A stretch of 64,000 bases of DNA from contig NC_068988.1 of the NCBI RefSeq assembly GCF_001194135.2, positions 84,442,744 through 84,506,743 of the forward strand, given 5' to 3'. The first letter of the stretch is position 1. Each line of letters starts with the position of its first letter. This document shows positions 25,449 to 39,179 of the stretch, piece by piece. The notes under the pieces were generated by a model, which made no database searches, was not told the DNA's origin, and worked only from the letters and a program-made list of their open reading frames with translations. Both the position numbers and the translations under genes were made by a program. This DNA comes from Octopus bimaculoides. Lineage: Eukaryota.

Positions 25449-25835
25449 ACTCTTTTAGTCTTTTACTTGTTTCAGTCATTTGACTGAGGCCATGCTGGAG
25501 CACTGCCTTTAGTCGAGCAAATCGCCCCCAGGACTTATTCTTTGGAAGCCTAGTACTTATCCTATCGGTCTCTTTTGCCAAACTGCTAAGTTACGGGGAC
25601 GTAAACACACCAGCATCGGTTGTCAAGCGATGTTGGGGGGACAAACACAGACACACAAACATATACACAGACATATATACGACAGGCTTCTTTCAGTTTT
25701 CCGTCTACCAAATCCACTCACAAGGCTTTGGTCGGCCCGAGACTATAGTAGAAAACACTTGCCCGAGGTGCCACGCAGTGGGAATGAACCCAGAACCATG
25801 TGGTTGGTAAGCAAGCTACTTACCACACAGCCACT
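25449..25835 (-). mobile_element. Near full-length tRNA/CORE-type SINE (family B)
   Basis: Reverse complement of 30571-30938: tRNA-like head AGTGGCTGTGTGGTAAGTAGC...GGGTTCATTCCC, CORE-like GTGGCACCTCGGGCAAGTGTTTTCTACT and tail CAGCATGGCC...CAAATGACTGAAACAAGTAAAAGA. Confidence 0.85.
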
Positions 25836-27199
25836 TGATATATTCATGGAGCAGTGGACTAGTGTGTCTTGTCCAAGATCAAAAACTTTTGTTGTCATAG
25901 TACTAATAGTGTTAGATATGCTAATATATTCATATGGAGTGGTGTATGTATGTATGTTTAAGTTTTATTATGAAAGAAAAACAATACAGCTACTTGTATG
26001 GTAGTTAGAAAGGTTTGAAATATGGAAAGTAGTTATTAGAGTATTTGGGTGTTACTTTGAACAAATTAGGTTGTTTTGAATACTTAAAAAAATATCTATT
26101 GGGGAAATATGACTAACTCTTTTATGGACAGATATCATACACACTGTTACATGAACGTCCATATGACTTTTGGTCTTATTAACATAAAATTGAGAGGCTG
26201 CTGTTATAGATAAGTAAGGCTATGTGTGTTAGTAAGTGGAGAATGATAGAAAGAGTGAAAGAAAAAGCACAAGGAAAAAGTTAAGGTAATCCTTAACTGG
26301 AGCTAGGGTGTGTAATGATGTTAGACCACTGATGGTAGAATTTTCCAGTGGAATAGAATAAATTTGTGTAGGGATACCTGGTGAAAATCTCTTTTTCTGG
26401 ATTTCTAAGGAAAATATACTCTTTCTGCTCTGAAAGGCCTGCATTTTTTTACTGTAGTCACTATTTAAGTCTCTTAGTTTCTGGACATGGTTGGCTACCA
26501 TTATGAATTTCCTTCTGTTGAGGTGTCTGAATGATAATCCATGGCTATAATATCTTTGTGCTTGATTTTCTCTTCAAAAACACATATTCTTGATTCTTTG
26601 ATTTGGCATGGTTGAGGTGACTTTATAGACTGCATTTTATGTTGCATTCCTTATCATGAGCAAGTGTCTGCATTTTTGTATGAGCAATCCAGATTGCTTT
26701 GCTAATAAATAGGCTTACTTGGGTGAGCACCTTCATGTTGGGTCCATTATTGTAGTTGATTTTTACAGATGTTTGTTGAAAAATTTTCTAATTTTATGAT
26801 AAAAAGTTTATCTAGGAGGGCCAGAAACTTTTTTTACCTAGACTTTCACATGAAGATAGAAGATACATATATTCTCTTTCTAGTTTGTGATGGTAAAGAG
26901 TGTTTGGAATTCTTGTGTGTGTATGCATACACACAGGTTTTGTTACCAGTATAGAGGATTCAAGTGATATAGTACCACTGTAGATTAAACTAAACTACTG
27001 CCTGAAAAAGAAGAGGATCTAGAAAGGGATATGCATTTGAAGGTCCTGTTTTTTTATGCCATATTGGCCTCTGCAACAGAACACTAAGATGTAAATACTA
27101 AGAAATATTCTCTTTCAGGCTATGTTATAGTGTTCTGTGGACCTCTGAGTTATAATAATGAATGTGTCTTTTCAATTACTCCAATTTTTTAAAAATGAA

Positions 27200-28210
27200 C
27201 TTTACTAAAGACATTAATTTGATTAAAGCCTCCAGAAGTAAGTTTTTTTCCTTAGATAAAACTAATAACATGAAATAGACAGTGACAAGCATAAAAAATT
27301 ATAACATGATTACTTAAATGTAAAAAAAATCTCCCACAAAAACTAGCAATAAGCGTTTAGGATAGCATTCAGCAGAGAAGCTAGTTTCATTGACTAGAGT
27401 GTCAAGAAAGTGTTTATAACTTTAAAAGATCACAAAATACACTTCATTAACAAACTTAGTTGTTAATAGATCTAGTTAAGATAGAGATGAGATTAATGAG
27501 CAAAAAGATACTAAAGAATATCAACAAAATTAGGAAGATAACAGTAACACAGCTTTCATCTGGTTCAGAGACATTATGGGTAAGACTTGAAGTAGATTAA
27601 CACAATTTGATAGTGCAAGCTTCCACTTCTAGATATCTAGATCCCTTCTAGTTAAGTACATGGTATTAACTTGGAGATATGTCAGTATTAATGAAAATGA
27701 TATTGAGATAATTATGCATACATACAAAGCCTCTACTCTTTGATAAAGAGTCAGCCTGGCTCAAGAAATCAGAACCTACAGATCTATCTGACATATCAAT
27801 GGGCTTTTATGACAGCACTGGCTTATGTGATTTTGTCACCCTGTTTGTAAGTAACACTAAATTCTCTAATTACAGTAATGGATGGTACTGAGATGATGGA
27901 TTATCCATATCACACAACTGTGATGGCCACACACTAGAAACCATTACAGAAAATCTCATGACTAATTTCAACAGCCTGGTACTTACAATTGTAGTAGCTA
28001 CTTAACCTAGCAACTCTCGACCTGGAATGTGATACAAACCCTTTCAGAAATCAAATGATAAACTTAAACAAAAAACAAGCAATTCTTTCCACTTTCCCAC
28101 CATTGTATTTAGAAACCTCAAAATCTAATATATAAATAGGATAATTTCTAGCCTTTCCTCTTCTGAAGATATTTTTGATAGGTTGGCCTCTTGCTATTAG
28201 CAGAATGTTG
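27200..28210 (+). mobile_element. Decayed Penelope-like element reverse transcriptase
   Basis: Frameshifted translation gives DKTNN, ITLKDHK, EIIMHT..LLFDKESAWLKK, DISMGFYDSTGLCDFVTLF, GWY*DDGLSI (27886-27897; TGA is compatible with CGA decay of YRDD), YKPFQKSND and INRIISSLSSSEDIF. These match PLE RT motifs. Confidence 0.8.
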
Positions 28211-28667
28211 CTTTGAGGTGAAAACTTTCATTCACCCTGCACACCCCATCACCCTAGTCCTGGAATAGGCCCAGAGAGATCATATGGCTTGCACTCACCT
28301 TTCCTTTTAATGTTAAGATAAATATAAATTAAAAAAAAAATTCTTGGATCTGATTGAGTTTAGGATGTTTGAGTCTCATTCAGAAGATAACAAAGGACTA
28401 AAAATGATTGGCAATATATAGTGCTATCGAACTGTCCACTCATGCAAGCATGGCAAAATGAATATTAAAATGATGATAGTGATAGTGACTGGGAGGACAC
28501 CGTGAAGTCTACACCTGCTACCTCCCCAGCCTCTTGATATCTCTCGTCTCTCTTTCACTGCCTGTGAAACAAGGGATTTCATTGAACCTGTCCAACCATG
28601 TCATCTCTCTGACTCTCACCCTCTCTTCTGTTCATTGTGCCATGCTGCCTATATATTGAGGGATGGC

Positions 28668-28716
28668 ATTGGACATAACTGTATTGGACATGACTGTATT
28701 GGACATAACTGTATTG
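28668..28716. repeat. 15-bp tandem repeat x3 (ATTGGACATAACTGT)
   Basis: Read directly from the sequence; one substitution in the middle unit. Confidence 0.9.
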
Positions 28717-29039
28717 AGTCCTTCTCTACCATCATCCTTCTCATTTTACCTCTGTCACCCATTATTACTCCTTCTGTCCTCACTGTCACTCCTCAAGCCA
28801 CTCATTATTGATATCCATTGTTCTTTCTTATCATTGTCAACTTTTATTACTATCCATCATTTAATCTTTCTCATCATCTGCTACCTTTCATCCAACCATT
28901 CATTTGCCCATTGTGGTTTTGTATTCTGTTATCTACTATTCACTCTCTTGATCACATTACCAACATACACAACAAACATACATCCATGAAGTAGTGAGAG
29001 CTCATTAATTTCATAGAGTAGAAGGCAACTTTCCTAGTG

Positions 29040-29560
29040 CTGTTACCACAATAAACTGACTCAGTACATTGTAAAGCGGTTGATGTTAGGAAGGGCATCT
29101 AGCCGTAGAAATAAACCACATGTCAGATACACAAACGAGACCTGGTCCCCCACTCCTCCTTCACAATGATGCATCTAACCCATGCCAGCATGGAAAGCAG
29201 ATGTTAACATGATTATGATAATGATAAGATGATATGTGTGTGTGTGTATACATTTATATATGTATGTATATGTGTGTATGTATGTATGTATGTATGTATG
29301 TATGTATGTATGTGTGTATATATAACATTATCATTTTAATGTTCATTTTTCCATGCTTGCATGGGTCAGATGGAGTTTATTGAAGCAGATTTTCTATGAC
29401 TGGTTGTCCTTCCTGTTGCCAACCATTACCTGTTTCCAAGCAAGGTAATGTTTCCCCATGGCCAGATATGATTGTGTAGAATATTAGAAATGAATGACAC
29501 TGCTTGTAAGACAGTAGCTCTTATTTACACTATCTTGCAATGCCAAGATAAAGCAAGACA
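29040..29560. mobile_element. Two RTE-type tail fragments arranged tail-to-tail around a (TA/TG) microsatellite
   Basis: A plus copy at ~29040-29230 ends CCATGCCAGCATGGAAAGCAGATGTTAACATGAT. A minus copy at ~29327-29560 begins CATTATCATTTTAATGTTCATTTTTCCATGCTTGCATGGG. Confidence 0.65.
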
Positions 29561-30570
29561 CACACACACATACATATTAGTTGTCAACTTGTCTTTGAGT
29601 ATGATGTTGCTGTCAGAACATCCTTTGACTTTCAAAACAATATTATAATACACACTGGACCACCAAAGTGCAAGTTTGCAACTACACACTTCTAGTCTGT
29701 TAAGCCTCTATATGTCACTACTCCTCCATCAGTATTAGACTGTCAAGAACAAGTCATTTATTTCCAAGTTAACTTGTGCTTGAGTGCCTAAGGCTTGCAC
29801 AGCTCCATATCTACTTTTTGAATGTTGCAAAACTTACTAATGACACAAATACATGAAATGACTGTCATTTACAACATTCTCAGGTTTTTCTGAGCTTTCC
29901 CTCTTACCTTGGTGTTCGGCATTACTTAAACAGATGTGCTGTCCAGTTGTCAATAAAGTTCCTCCTAGAGATCACAATACTCTACCATAATGCTGATCTC
30001 TTGACACATGCCTCTAGAGTTGCTGTTACCCATAGAAAAGCAGGATTTGTTATCAGAGCTTACTCTGCTAGTTCTGCTATGTTCAGTTAGAAACAGGGCT
30101 ACTTCATAAAGGATGTAATCTTAGAAATCCCGTACAATGGTCCTTGTTGTGGAGAGGTTAAGAGCTCTTCCTTTGACTTCAGCACACATGACACCCTGGT
30201 TCCTAAAGTTCAGGTAGAACTGCCATGTAAGTGATTCATCAAAAGTTTGCTTATCATTTCACACAGCACTATCTTCTTTACTGAGCACCTCCATCCCTGA
30301 CTTCTGAAATCCAGGTAGAACTGAAGAGTAAACTGCTTGTTGACTAAGTTAGAATATAAAATTACAAAATATAGAAAATATACAAGAGTTATATATATAT
30401 ATATAGGCGAAGGAGTGACTGTGTGGTAAGTAGCTTGTTTACCAACCACATGATTCCGGGTTCAGTCCCACTGCGTGGCACCTTGGGCAAGTGTCTTCTA
30501 CTNNNNNNNNNNNNNNNNNNNNNNNNNNNNNNNNNNNNNNNNNNNNNNNNNNNNTATATATATATATATA

Positions 30571-30938
30571 GGCGAAGGAGTGACTGTGTGGTAAGTAGCT
30601 TGTTTACCAACCACATGATTCCGGGTTCAGTCCCACTGCGTGGCACCTTGGGCAAGTGTCTTCTACTGAAGCCTCAGGCTGACCAAAGCCTTGTGAGTGG
30701 ATTTGGTAGAGGGAAACTGAAAGAAGCCCGTTGTGTGTCTGTGTTTGTTCCCCCAACATCACTTGACAACTGATGGTGGTGTGTTTACGTCCCCGTAACT
30801 TAGCGGTTCGGCAAAAGAGACCGATAGAATAAGTACTAGGCTTACAAAGAATAAGTCCAGGGGTCGATTTACTCGACTAAAAGCGGTGCTCCAGCATGGC
30901 CGCAGTCAAATGACTGAAACAAGTAAAAGAGTAAAGAG
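30571..30938 (+). mobile_element. Full-length tRNA/CORE-type SINE (family B); its 5' 97 bp also appear at 30406-30502
   Basis: GGCGAAGGAGTGACTGTGTGGTAAGTAGC...GGGTTCAGTCCC (A/B-box-like), CORE-like GTGGCACCTTGGGCAAGTG and tail GTAAAAGAGTAAAGAG; flanked by (TA)n. Confidence 0.9.
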
Positions 30939-31649
30939 AGATATAATATATATATATATATATATATAAAGTACACAAACATACTCAAAGAATATTAAAT
31001 ATATGAAAAAAAAGAAAAGAATATAGAAGAATATAAAAATATGTGTTAAAATAACATATAGAACAATCTACACAAGTGTACAAAATGTTGGATGGCCATT
31101 GACTCTGCCTTTTAGCATAATATATATATATATATATAGGAGTCTGGTGTAGCCATCTGGTTTCACCAGTCCTCAGTCAAATCGTCCAACCCATGCTAGC
31201 ATGGAAAGCGGACGTTAAACAATGATGATGATGATGTAGCAATGCATTGAAGTATTTATAAATTTCCATCCTTAATTTCTCATCATTACTATATTTATCC
31301 TAAGCTATAGCAACACCAGGCCAATAACCATCCCATGAAATTACTCTGAAAGATGGGAATAATAAGTAGTAGCCACAAAATATGGCACTCAAAAACGTTT
31401 CCCATAAACTTAAAGGGGAGAGAGAGAGACACACACACAGACACACACACACACACACACACACATGCACACACTCGATGTTAAAATATGATGAAGATGT
31501 ATGTATATATGATGGTTTTCTTTCAGTGTCAGTCTATCAAAGCCACTCACATGACTCTTGTTGGCCCACACAGTGGCACTGATTCCCATACCATGCTGAC
31601 AGAAAGCAAACTTCTTTATCACACAGGCATACCTGCACCTATTTATCAC

Positions 31650-32098
31650 TATTTTTCCCATCTCTCTCTGGTTGGGTTACCATGTACCCCCTCTCCAGCA
31701 AGATACCTGTTTCTGTCTCTTTGTCTCACTATAACTTGACACAAGATTACCTCCTCCAATGCCTCTTACCCTCACAAAGGATCTTTGTCTTGCAAGTTAC
31801 TTGGTGACCTGCCAGTGCTGGTGCCATGTAAAAAGCATCCAGTCCACATTGTAAAGTGGCTGGTGTTTGGAAGGGCATCCAACTGTATAAACCATGCCAA
31901 AACTGACTTTACCTGTGCTTGTGCCATGTAAAAAGCACTCAGTCCACTCTGCTGGGTAGTTGGTGTTAGGAAGGGCATTCAGCTGAAAAAACCTTGTCAA
32001 AACAGACACAGAAGTCTGTGCAGTCTTCTGCCTGACCAGCTCCTCCAAACCGTCCAACCCATGCCAGCATGGAAGGTGGATGTTAAACGATGATGATA
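31650..32098 (+). mobile_element. RTE 3' UTR fragment (long-UTR subfamily) with tail; a short tail fragment also lies at 31139-31235
   Basis: Shares GTCTTGCAAGTTACTTGGTGACC and CTGTCTCTTTGTCTCACT with the minus-strand copy at 44121-45500, and ends CCATGCCAGCATGGAAGGTGGATGTTAAACGATGATGA. Confidence 0.75.
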
Positions 32099-32488
32099 TG
32101 TGGGTGCGCTTGTGTATATAAGGCTGTGTGGTTAGGAAGCTTTTTTGTTAACAAGGTTTTGGGTTTAGTCCCATTGTGTGGCACCTTGAGTGTCTTCTGT
32201 CATAGCCTTGGGCCGACTGAAGCCTTGTGATTGAATTTGGCAGGCAGAACTTCTGCTTTTACATGTGTGTGAAGTGCTTGTATCTCCTTGAATATACATG
32301 TGTGTGTATACAGGATTACCTTAACAATGATTCAATTGCTTCTAAATGTCTGATCATCAAGTGAATGGTTAGTCATATAGAAAGATTATCATAAATAGTG
32401 GTTATGTTCTTGTTGATAACATAACTTCTAAACTATTAAAACTGAAGCAATAAAAAAGCAGTTTAGTCATATACAATCATCATATATA

Positions 32489-33324
32489 CAAGGTGTTCTG
32501 GTTAAATTTGATAGTTTGCATAAAAGGAAAGAAAATACATTATCTCATCTAGAAATAAAAGTATTTTTTAAAAAAATCAACAGTGTTATGGGTGGAAGAT
32601 GAGTTGACTCAAACTAGCTGCCCTCAGCTTCCATCATGACCTCAAGACAGCTCTGGAACCTGGTGCATGCATTCCTTACCGTGTCCCTGGGAAAACCATT
32701 GAACATCTTGATTTTGGCCAGCATTTTGCTTTTGGTGTTGCAGGTGAAGTGGTTGGTGTCTTTCAATTGCACCCTGTGGGATTAGAATCAGGAAATTGGG
32801 GTTGGTGAAGTCATAGAAATTCTCTAATGACCACTTTTGACTCTTTCTGGAGGTAAGGCAAAGAGCTGAATCCTGCTGTCGTAGATGACCCTTAACAGGA
32901 ACCTTCCCCTGCCAGAGTTTGACCACAGTCTGTTGGAGCTTCACATAGCTGTTCTAATTGAGCCTAAGGTCTTGTTGAAAGATGTGGGGCAGCATCATGT
33001 CACTCTTTGGTGACACACCCAAAGACCATCAGAGTTTGGGAGAGCTTGGTTTTCATGATGTCTGTGTCACAGTTTACAGCCTTTACAGTGTACACAGCAT
33101 TGAGCAGCTGTCACGATGTCAGCATTTTGATGCTCAGTGCCAATCATCAGGATACAGATAACTCTTTTCTAATATTCAGATGGCTTCCAGTCCTCTATGT
33201 CAGCTAACTTCTTCTCAACTACAATAATCTTTGTGCTCTCCAGCACTATTGACTGTTCACCAATACATAAAGCTGATACTGAAAAAAGATGTAAAAAATT
33301 GTCAAATTTAGCTCAAACACCCTG
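32489..33324 (-). mobile_element. Deleted maT/DD37D-like Tc1/mariner element with imperfect TIRs
   Basis: The TIR CAAGGTGTTCTGGTTAAATTTGATAGTT follows a TA at 32489, and the reverse complement CAGGGTGTTTGAGCTAAATTTGACAATT ends at 33324. Minus translation gives MKTKLSQTLMVFGCVTK, QQDSALCLTSRKSQKWSLENFYDF, GAIERHTN and NACTRFQSCLEVMMEAE. D-D spacing cannot be counted because of a deletion. Confidence 0.75.
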
Positions 33325-33344
33325 TGTGTGTGTATATATGTTTC

Positions 33345-33690
33345 TTTTATCTTTTGTTTGTTTCAGTCATTAGACTGTGGCCATGCTGGGACACTACCTT
33401 GAAGAATTTTCAGTTGAATTTATTGATCCCAGTACATATTTTTTAAAAGCCTGGTACCTATTCTATATCGGTTTCTTTTTCGCAACCGCTAAGTTACGGG
33501 GGATGTAAACACAACACAAGCACATAGATATTTACACACACACACACACACACACATGATGGGTTTCTCCCAGTTTCCATCTACCAAATTCACTCTCAAG
33601 GCTTTGGTTGGCCCGAAGTGCTGAGTAGTGGGACTGCACATGGCTGGGAGGCAAGCTTCTTAACCAAACAGTCATGCCTACCTTACTATA
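33345..33690 (-). mobile_element. Decayed family B SINE
   Basis: TTTCAGTCATTAGACTGTGGCCATGCTGGG...CCGCTAAGTTACGGGG...CTACCAAATTCACTCTCAAGGCTTTGG aligns with 25449-25835. Confidence 0.75.
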
Positions 33691-36559
33691 TGTATAAAAG
33701 CCACACAGCCATACTGTATATATTTATGTATGTAATGATTGCATAACAATAGGAAAATGAGTGATTAATTATTTAATTTATACTTTATGTATGTTTTGAT
33801 GGTACAAAACCTATATAAAGTGCTGTGAGACAACTGTATGATTTGAAATCTTGTATAACTATTAAAACAATTTTTTTTCCTTGTAGTCCCCTTAAGCAAG
33901 AGAATATTATTCAGCTTATTCTTATGTATCTTTGAGAAATACTGCACTGACTAAACACCCTTGGGAGTGGTAAAAAGCATGAATAGGTCTAAAAGTATTT
34001 GTCCCAATGATATTCAGAAGACTATCCTACCTCTACATGCACCCACATTTACTAATAGCAGGTATAAACTCATATCCGTGGGTGTTGTAAAAAACAACAG
34101 CTATTTGACTATTTTGCTATTCAAGTGATTGATTAACATGTCAAAGCAACTGGAAACTAACTAGATAAGACCTTGCATTTTGTAATATATTTTCTATGTG
34201 GTCATTTAACCACTAAAAATGTCAACTAAATCTTCCTCAAATTGCACCCTTCTGTTTTAAATAAGGAAAGGACACATTAGTTAATGTTGTTTCAGATATT
34301 GCTCTAAAAAGATGATATGGTCACAGTTAAGTTTACTCATTCATAATGACATCAACAACAACTTTTTCTACCAGAGTAGAAGATTTATTTTGTCTTCAGG
34401 GGGATGTTACCTATCACAAACATGAATTTCTATAAGTCCACTGAAAATAGCTACTCAAACTGTACAATCTTGTACATTTACTTAGAGATTCTTTCATCAG
34501 TATTTTGGCAAGTACAGTGAAGGTTATATTTTGCTAATGAAGTCAGAATAAGGCTTAAACATGTCCAGAATTATTTCCAGTACTTACTGGGAAAACAAAA
34601 ATTGTAGGCAAATAATTTTCAAACAGTTTACTTTTTATTGCTCCCTGCATTAACTCTTTTTCAAAATTTCTGTTCAAATATGTTGTCTTTGTTGCAATTA
34701 GTTTTGAAAATTATGAGGAATTTGGTAAATTAACTTTGTCATTAAATCATTTTAAGACTGGAAGTTTGTATCATAGGACCAAAGCAGTCCCAGGCAGGTT
34801 AGTATCAAGAGAGCTAAATGTTAACACTAATTTACTATAGTTTATTTGGTTGACGCCTCTCACAGGTAAAGACTGTCTTTATGTTTTGACATTAAAAATT
34901 CTGAAAGTTGTAATTCATTTATATTATGTGACCCCAGTTTTGATTACAGAAACTCTTGAAAGAGAATTAAGATTTTATTGCTTGGAATTTGTCACAAAGA
35001 AAACACAAATCTAAAGAGCCAGACATCATTGATGCAACAGTGCTAAAAATAATGTCTAATTTTGGCACAAAACCTCATGGTATTTGAGTGGTATTATATT
35101 AGTATTTGAGTGGTATTATATTAATTCCAGAAAGATGGTAGGCAAAGTTGATTATGGTGGAATTTGAACGCAGATCATAAAGGGGTATAACTAAATATGG
35201 ATAGGCGTCACAATCTGCCACTCTACTCCTTCTAACATAAAGACCTCATTTTTCAAATATTGTTGTTGATGTTAAGTAGCCCCAGTTTGTTCCACTTGAG
35301 TATCACTATGGTGTAGTTGATTGCTGAAGAAAAAAATCTGTAGATTTCAGGATACATTGATAGAAATTGTCTGTAGTATGGGCCTGAGATGGCCTGTGTT
35401 AGCTTTGAAGAGAGTTACAATGATTTGTGTATATTGTGCTGACTTTAGTCTGTTTTATTTTATTTCTTTATATGAGAGAATTTGTGAATGTTAGTTTTTG
35501 TGTCTGTATTCATGTATGAGTGAGTGTATTGTATAGTCAAAGTTTAATCTGCTCTATGTAGCAATTACATTCTCCTTCTTCAATATGTTCTTTGTTGTCT
35601 TAAAAAAAAATGAGGATGAAGAGAAAAACCCATCCAGTGGATAAAGTATTGGATTACCAGCTAATGGGACATAATCTTTGAAGAGTGGCAGCTCTAATTT
35701 AGTAGAACAATTCTGTAATTCTTACTTACATTTCTCTGACCAGTATGTTTTTGTCTACTATTTTGTTGTGTTGTTATGGAATGTTTATGAAAGTACTCTT
35801 GTCTTAGAGATGTTTAGAAAGGCTTCTACTCGTGCAAATTTTACCAATGTTTGCTGTCTTATGGCTGCAAACTTTTTATGTGTAAGCCATGAGAATTTGG
35901 TTACTTTTGCATAAACTGCTTTGTGTAACTGATAAAAGTTTTTTTTTTTCTTACAAGTGTCCTTATTCTTATCAACATCATTATAATTATTGTGAAATGT
36001 TCTACATTGCATTTTTTTCCTTTTTTTTTGGTGATGAAGTATTTTGTTTCACTGGATAGCAAAGGTTATTTTGGGCTATTAACCTCTCAAATAACAACAA
36101 CAGCAACAGTGATGAGGTTAATAGTTGAGTAACCTTTGCTACTCTGGAGAATGTTTATTGCGTTGTGTCTATTATTATTATTATTATTATTAGCACTCTC
36201 ATGTCACCATAGACTGAGCCTTCAAATTTGCTTGTGCTACATTCCTGGCATAATGCCTGTTAATTCTTTCCATACGTTCCATTGCCTTTCTGTTTCTTCT
36301 TAGCTTTTTGATGTTGTTTAATGAAATCCACGATTATTTCCAAGTCTCTCTCATCAGTAGCTACAATTAGTTTTGAATATTGTAAATGGATTGCAGTAAA
36401 AATCATACTTTCTTTTCTTGCTAGGGTATGAAAACCTTGTTATGGTTGGTTGAAACTGGTTTCAAGTGTTTCAAACAAACAGATACTATGATTAAAGTTA
36501 GCCATAAATGTTATACTGTGCTGTGGATGACACTCTGTAATTCGTTTTGTGATCAAGCA

Positions 36560-36790
36560 GAGACATAGTGTATCGATGATTTATCCAATGTGTCCTTTTT
36601 CTAAGATGATTGAGATTTGTTTTGAAAGAGATTTGGCTGCAATTTCTGTCAGGTCAAGTAACTGTTTATTCCTTCCCTTTATGCTTTATAATGATTTTTG
36701 TTCGTGTCATTGAAGAGTTTGTTTTCATATAACTTGCTAAAACCCAAAAGAGAATTTGAACTCAAAACTGCAAGCTTTTTACAGCAATAA
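36560..36790 (-). mobile_element. Old tRNA-derived SINE-like family D; other relics at ~4380-4470, 24060-24140, 34200-34330, 47170-47280 and 63915-64000
   Basis: Recurrent motif (GACCTG)CTAGAAATAGCAGCCAAATC...AAAAAGGACACATTGGATAA; this copy has a B-box-like GAGTTCAAATTC upstream on the minus strand. Confidence 0.55.
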
Positions 36791-37019
36791 GTTGTTCCTG
36801 CTGTGTTATTTAGATTACATGGTGGTTCAGTCCACTTTGCTGTCAGCCGTATGCAACATGTCCTGACTGCTGACTGCATTAAGCACAAACATTATGTTGC
36901 ATGTTAATATAGCACATTTGTTTGACTCATTAACTGAGATGACTGTACAATCTCCAAACCGATTAACATATAAAGCTTCTGTCATCAGACAATAGTTTCA
37001 ACATTATGCAAATGTCCTA

Positions 37020-37246
37020 ACTTTTCTCAAAAGAATCCCCTCAGCTATGGTAACCTGATAAAATAAATTTTCCCCCAAAGAATACTTCCATTCAAGGTGA
37101 CCTGATGAAATAATTTCTTCCCCAAACAACATTCCCACTTATGTAAATTGGTAAAATAAATTTTTCCCAAAAGAATATTTCTATTCATGGTGACCTGATA
37201 ATATAATTTCGACTGAATACTTTCACATATGGTAACTTGATGAAAA
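37020..37246. repeat. Minisatellite, ~46-47 bp unit, about 5 copies
   Basis: The unit-start motif GGTAACCTGATA or a variant recurs at 37049, 37096, ~37143, 37189 and 37231, usually followed by AAATAAATTTTCCC-like sequence. Confidence 0.8.
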
Positions 37247-38666
37247 AGTTATAAAAAGGTAAAAAATGTTAAGACATTTATTAATGTTTCTTTATTGCAT
37301 TATTTATCTGCTCCTTGCATTTAGTTTTTCTCAGAGTATGTGTGTGTGTGTGTGTGCGTGCGCGCGCACACACACACCATTTCACTCCTATTCAGAGTGG
37401 ATGGCTCTAGCCGGTAATTATTATCATTGCACATTTTGTCCTTAACGTCACTGAACATTTAGTTTTACCCATTTTATCTTGTGTGCCATTTTCAGCATAC
37501 TGAACTCTTTCATACAGCATATCTGGCAATCTAACTTTTTTTTCCTGATTATACCTCTGATCTAATACTACGGTTAGCTGTTATCTTCACTTCCATTTCC
37601 CCATCTTCTACATCTACATTTTCTGCCCACACTACCATCTCCTTTTACTATCTAAGGAAGCTATTGTCTAAAGTTTGCTGTAGGTTGTCTTTAATCAATG
37701 CGTTGCTGTCTTCAAGCTCTTCAAAATAAACGCTCCTTGCTTCTTTCCTGTCCACAGACACCTTGTGAATCCTAACATTTAACAAACTCTTCTTTTAGCT
37801 TTCATATACTTTTTTTTATTTATGCTGCACTTTTTTCGTTTTCTTTCTTCGCTTTATTCCTGCTCACCCTTGTTATCAGTTTTGTGGAACTTGTGAATGG
37901 CCTTTTGCATAAACCTAAAATTAACTCCCAACATTAAAACATACAAGTACATTCACTTCTTAAAATAAGATAGCTTGCATGTTGAAATTACATACCAAAT
38001 CTGAATGCTAGCCAGCTAACCAAGTATGCTTAAACTGTAGAGTGTGTTAGTAAATAATAATAATTATCACTATTGCTATGTTGTTGGAGCCAGATGCTTT
38101 AGAAATACTTGTGGCATGTTCTGGACAGCTTTTAACTGTAATTAGGTCTTATGGAAACAAAGCTGTATTTTTTTTATTATCGCATTTTAAGCAGTTAGAA
38201 GTGTCAACTCTCTCACTGATCACCTATATTTCCTAAGCCTTCTTTGGATAGTATTATGAGGTCAGACAAGCAGTGTAATGAAATCTTCCACATTTAGTAA
38301 ATGCTTAGTGATTGAGAGCATCACCCCTGCCTCCCCTTTTTTCTCTAATGGAATAGGAAGAAGACATTAAGGCTGATGGCTGTCAACTGTCTTAATCAAG
38401 TATTATAGGGAAGGTGTTCTTAAATTAGCACAAGGACAGCCATTTTTAATCATTACTGACTCTGAAAAAATGAATGGCAATGACTGTTATTTAAGTTCAG
38501 AAGTAAAAAGGTATGTAACCAAGTACCAAAATTCATTTAGATTGGCATCTTCTACCACTTTGTTTCTCTATAGTATATTGCTACAGGTTATTGAATCTTG
38601 ACATGTACTGTTCTCTTTTTCTCAGTCTATCTCTCTCCAGTCATCTTGTGCTCTCCCTGTCCCTCA

Positions 38667-38738
<72 letters not shown>

Positions 38739-39179
38739 TCTATGTGGAAAGACACATGGTATTGTCTTGGGCCCTTAATTTCTGATGGTGTTGTAGTGTG
38801 CCTCAATCATTTTTCTGATGAATTCCATCCCTCTCCAGACCTTACCACAGCTGTTTACACTCAGAGAGAGAGAGAGAGAGAGAAATTGATAGGATGAAAG
38901 GCAAAGTTTACCTTGGTGAGATGGAGGGATTTGAACTACAGAGTCCAATTTTTTACTTTGTGAGTATCTGAATGAAAACTGCATTACATTTTGTGGCTCT
39001 AACAACTATATCTGTTTACCAGAAAATTTGCTTTTATAACTTCTGTCTGATTCATACAAGCATGGAAAAGTGGATGTCAAACAATGATGCTGATAGATAC
39101 ATAATCATTTCTAATGTGCACAGAAGTGCATAAATTTGGAATGTGAAACCTGCTTCCAAAGTCCAACTTGAAATATAAA

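Noticed and set aside
28490-28660. Possible BovB-like RTE C-terminal relic
   Set aside because: Only scattered residues match (WLD, HGV), which is too degraded to call.
30406-30667. Apparent tandem duplication of the SINE 5' end
   Set aside because: An identical 97 bp lies on both sides of a short N-gap, so it is most likely an unmerged contig overlap.
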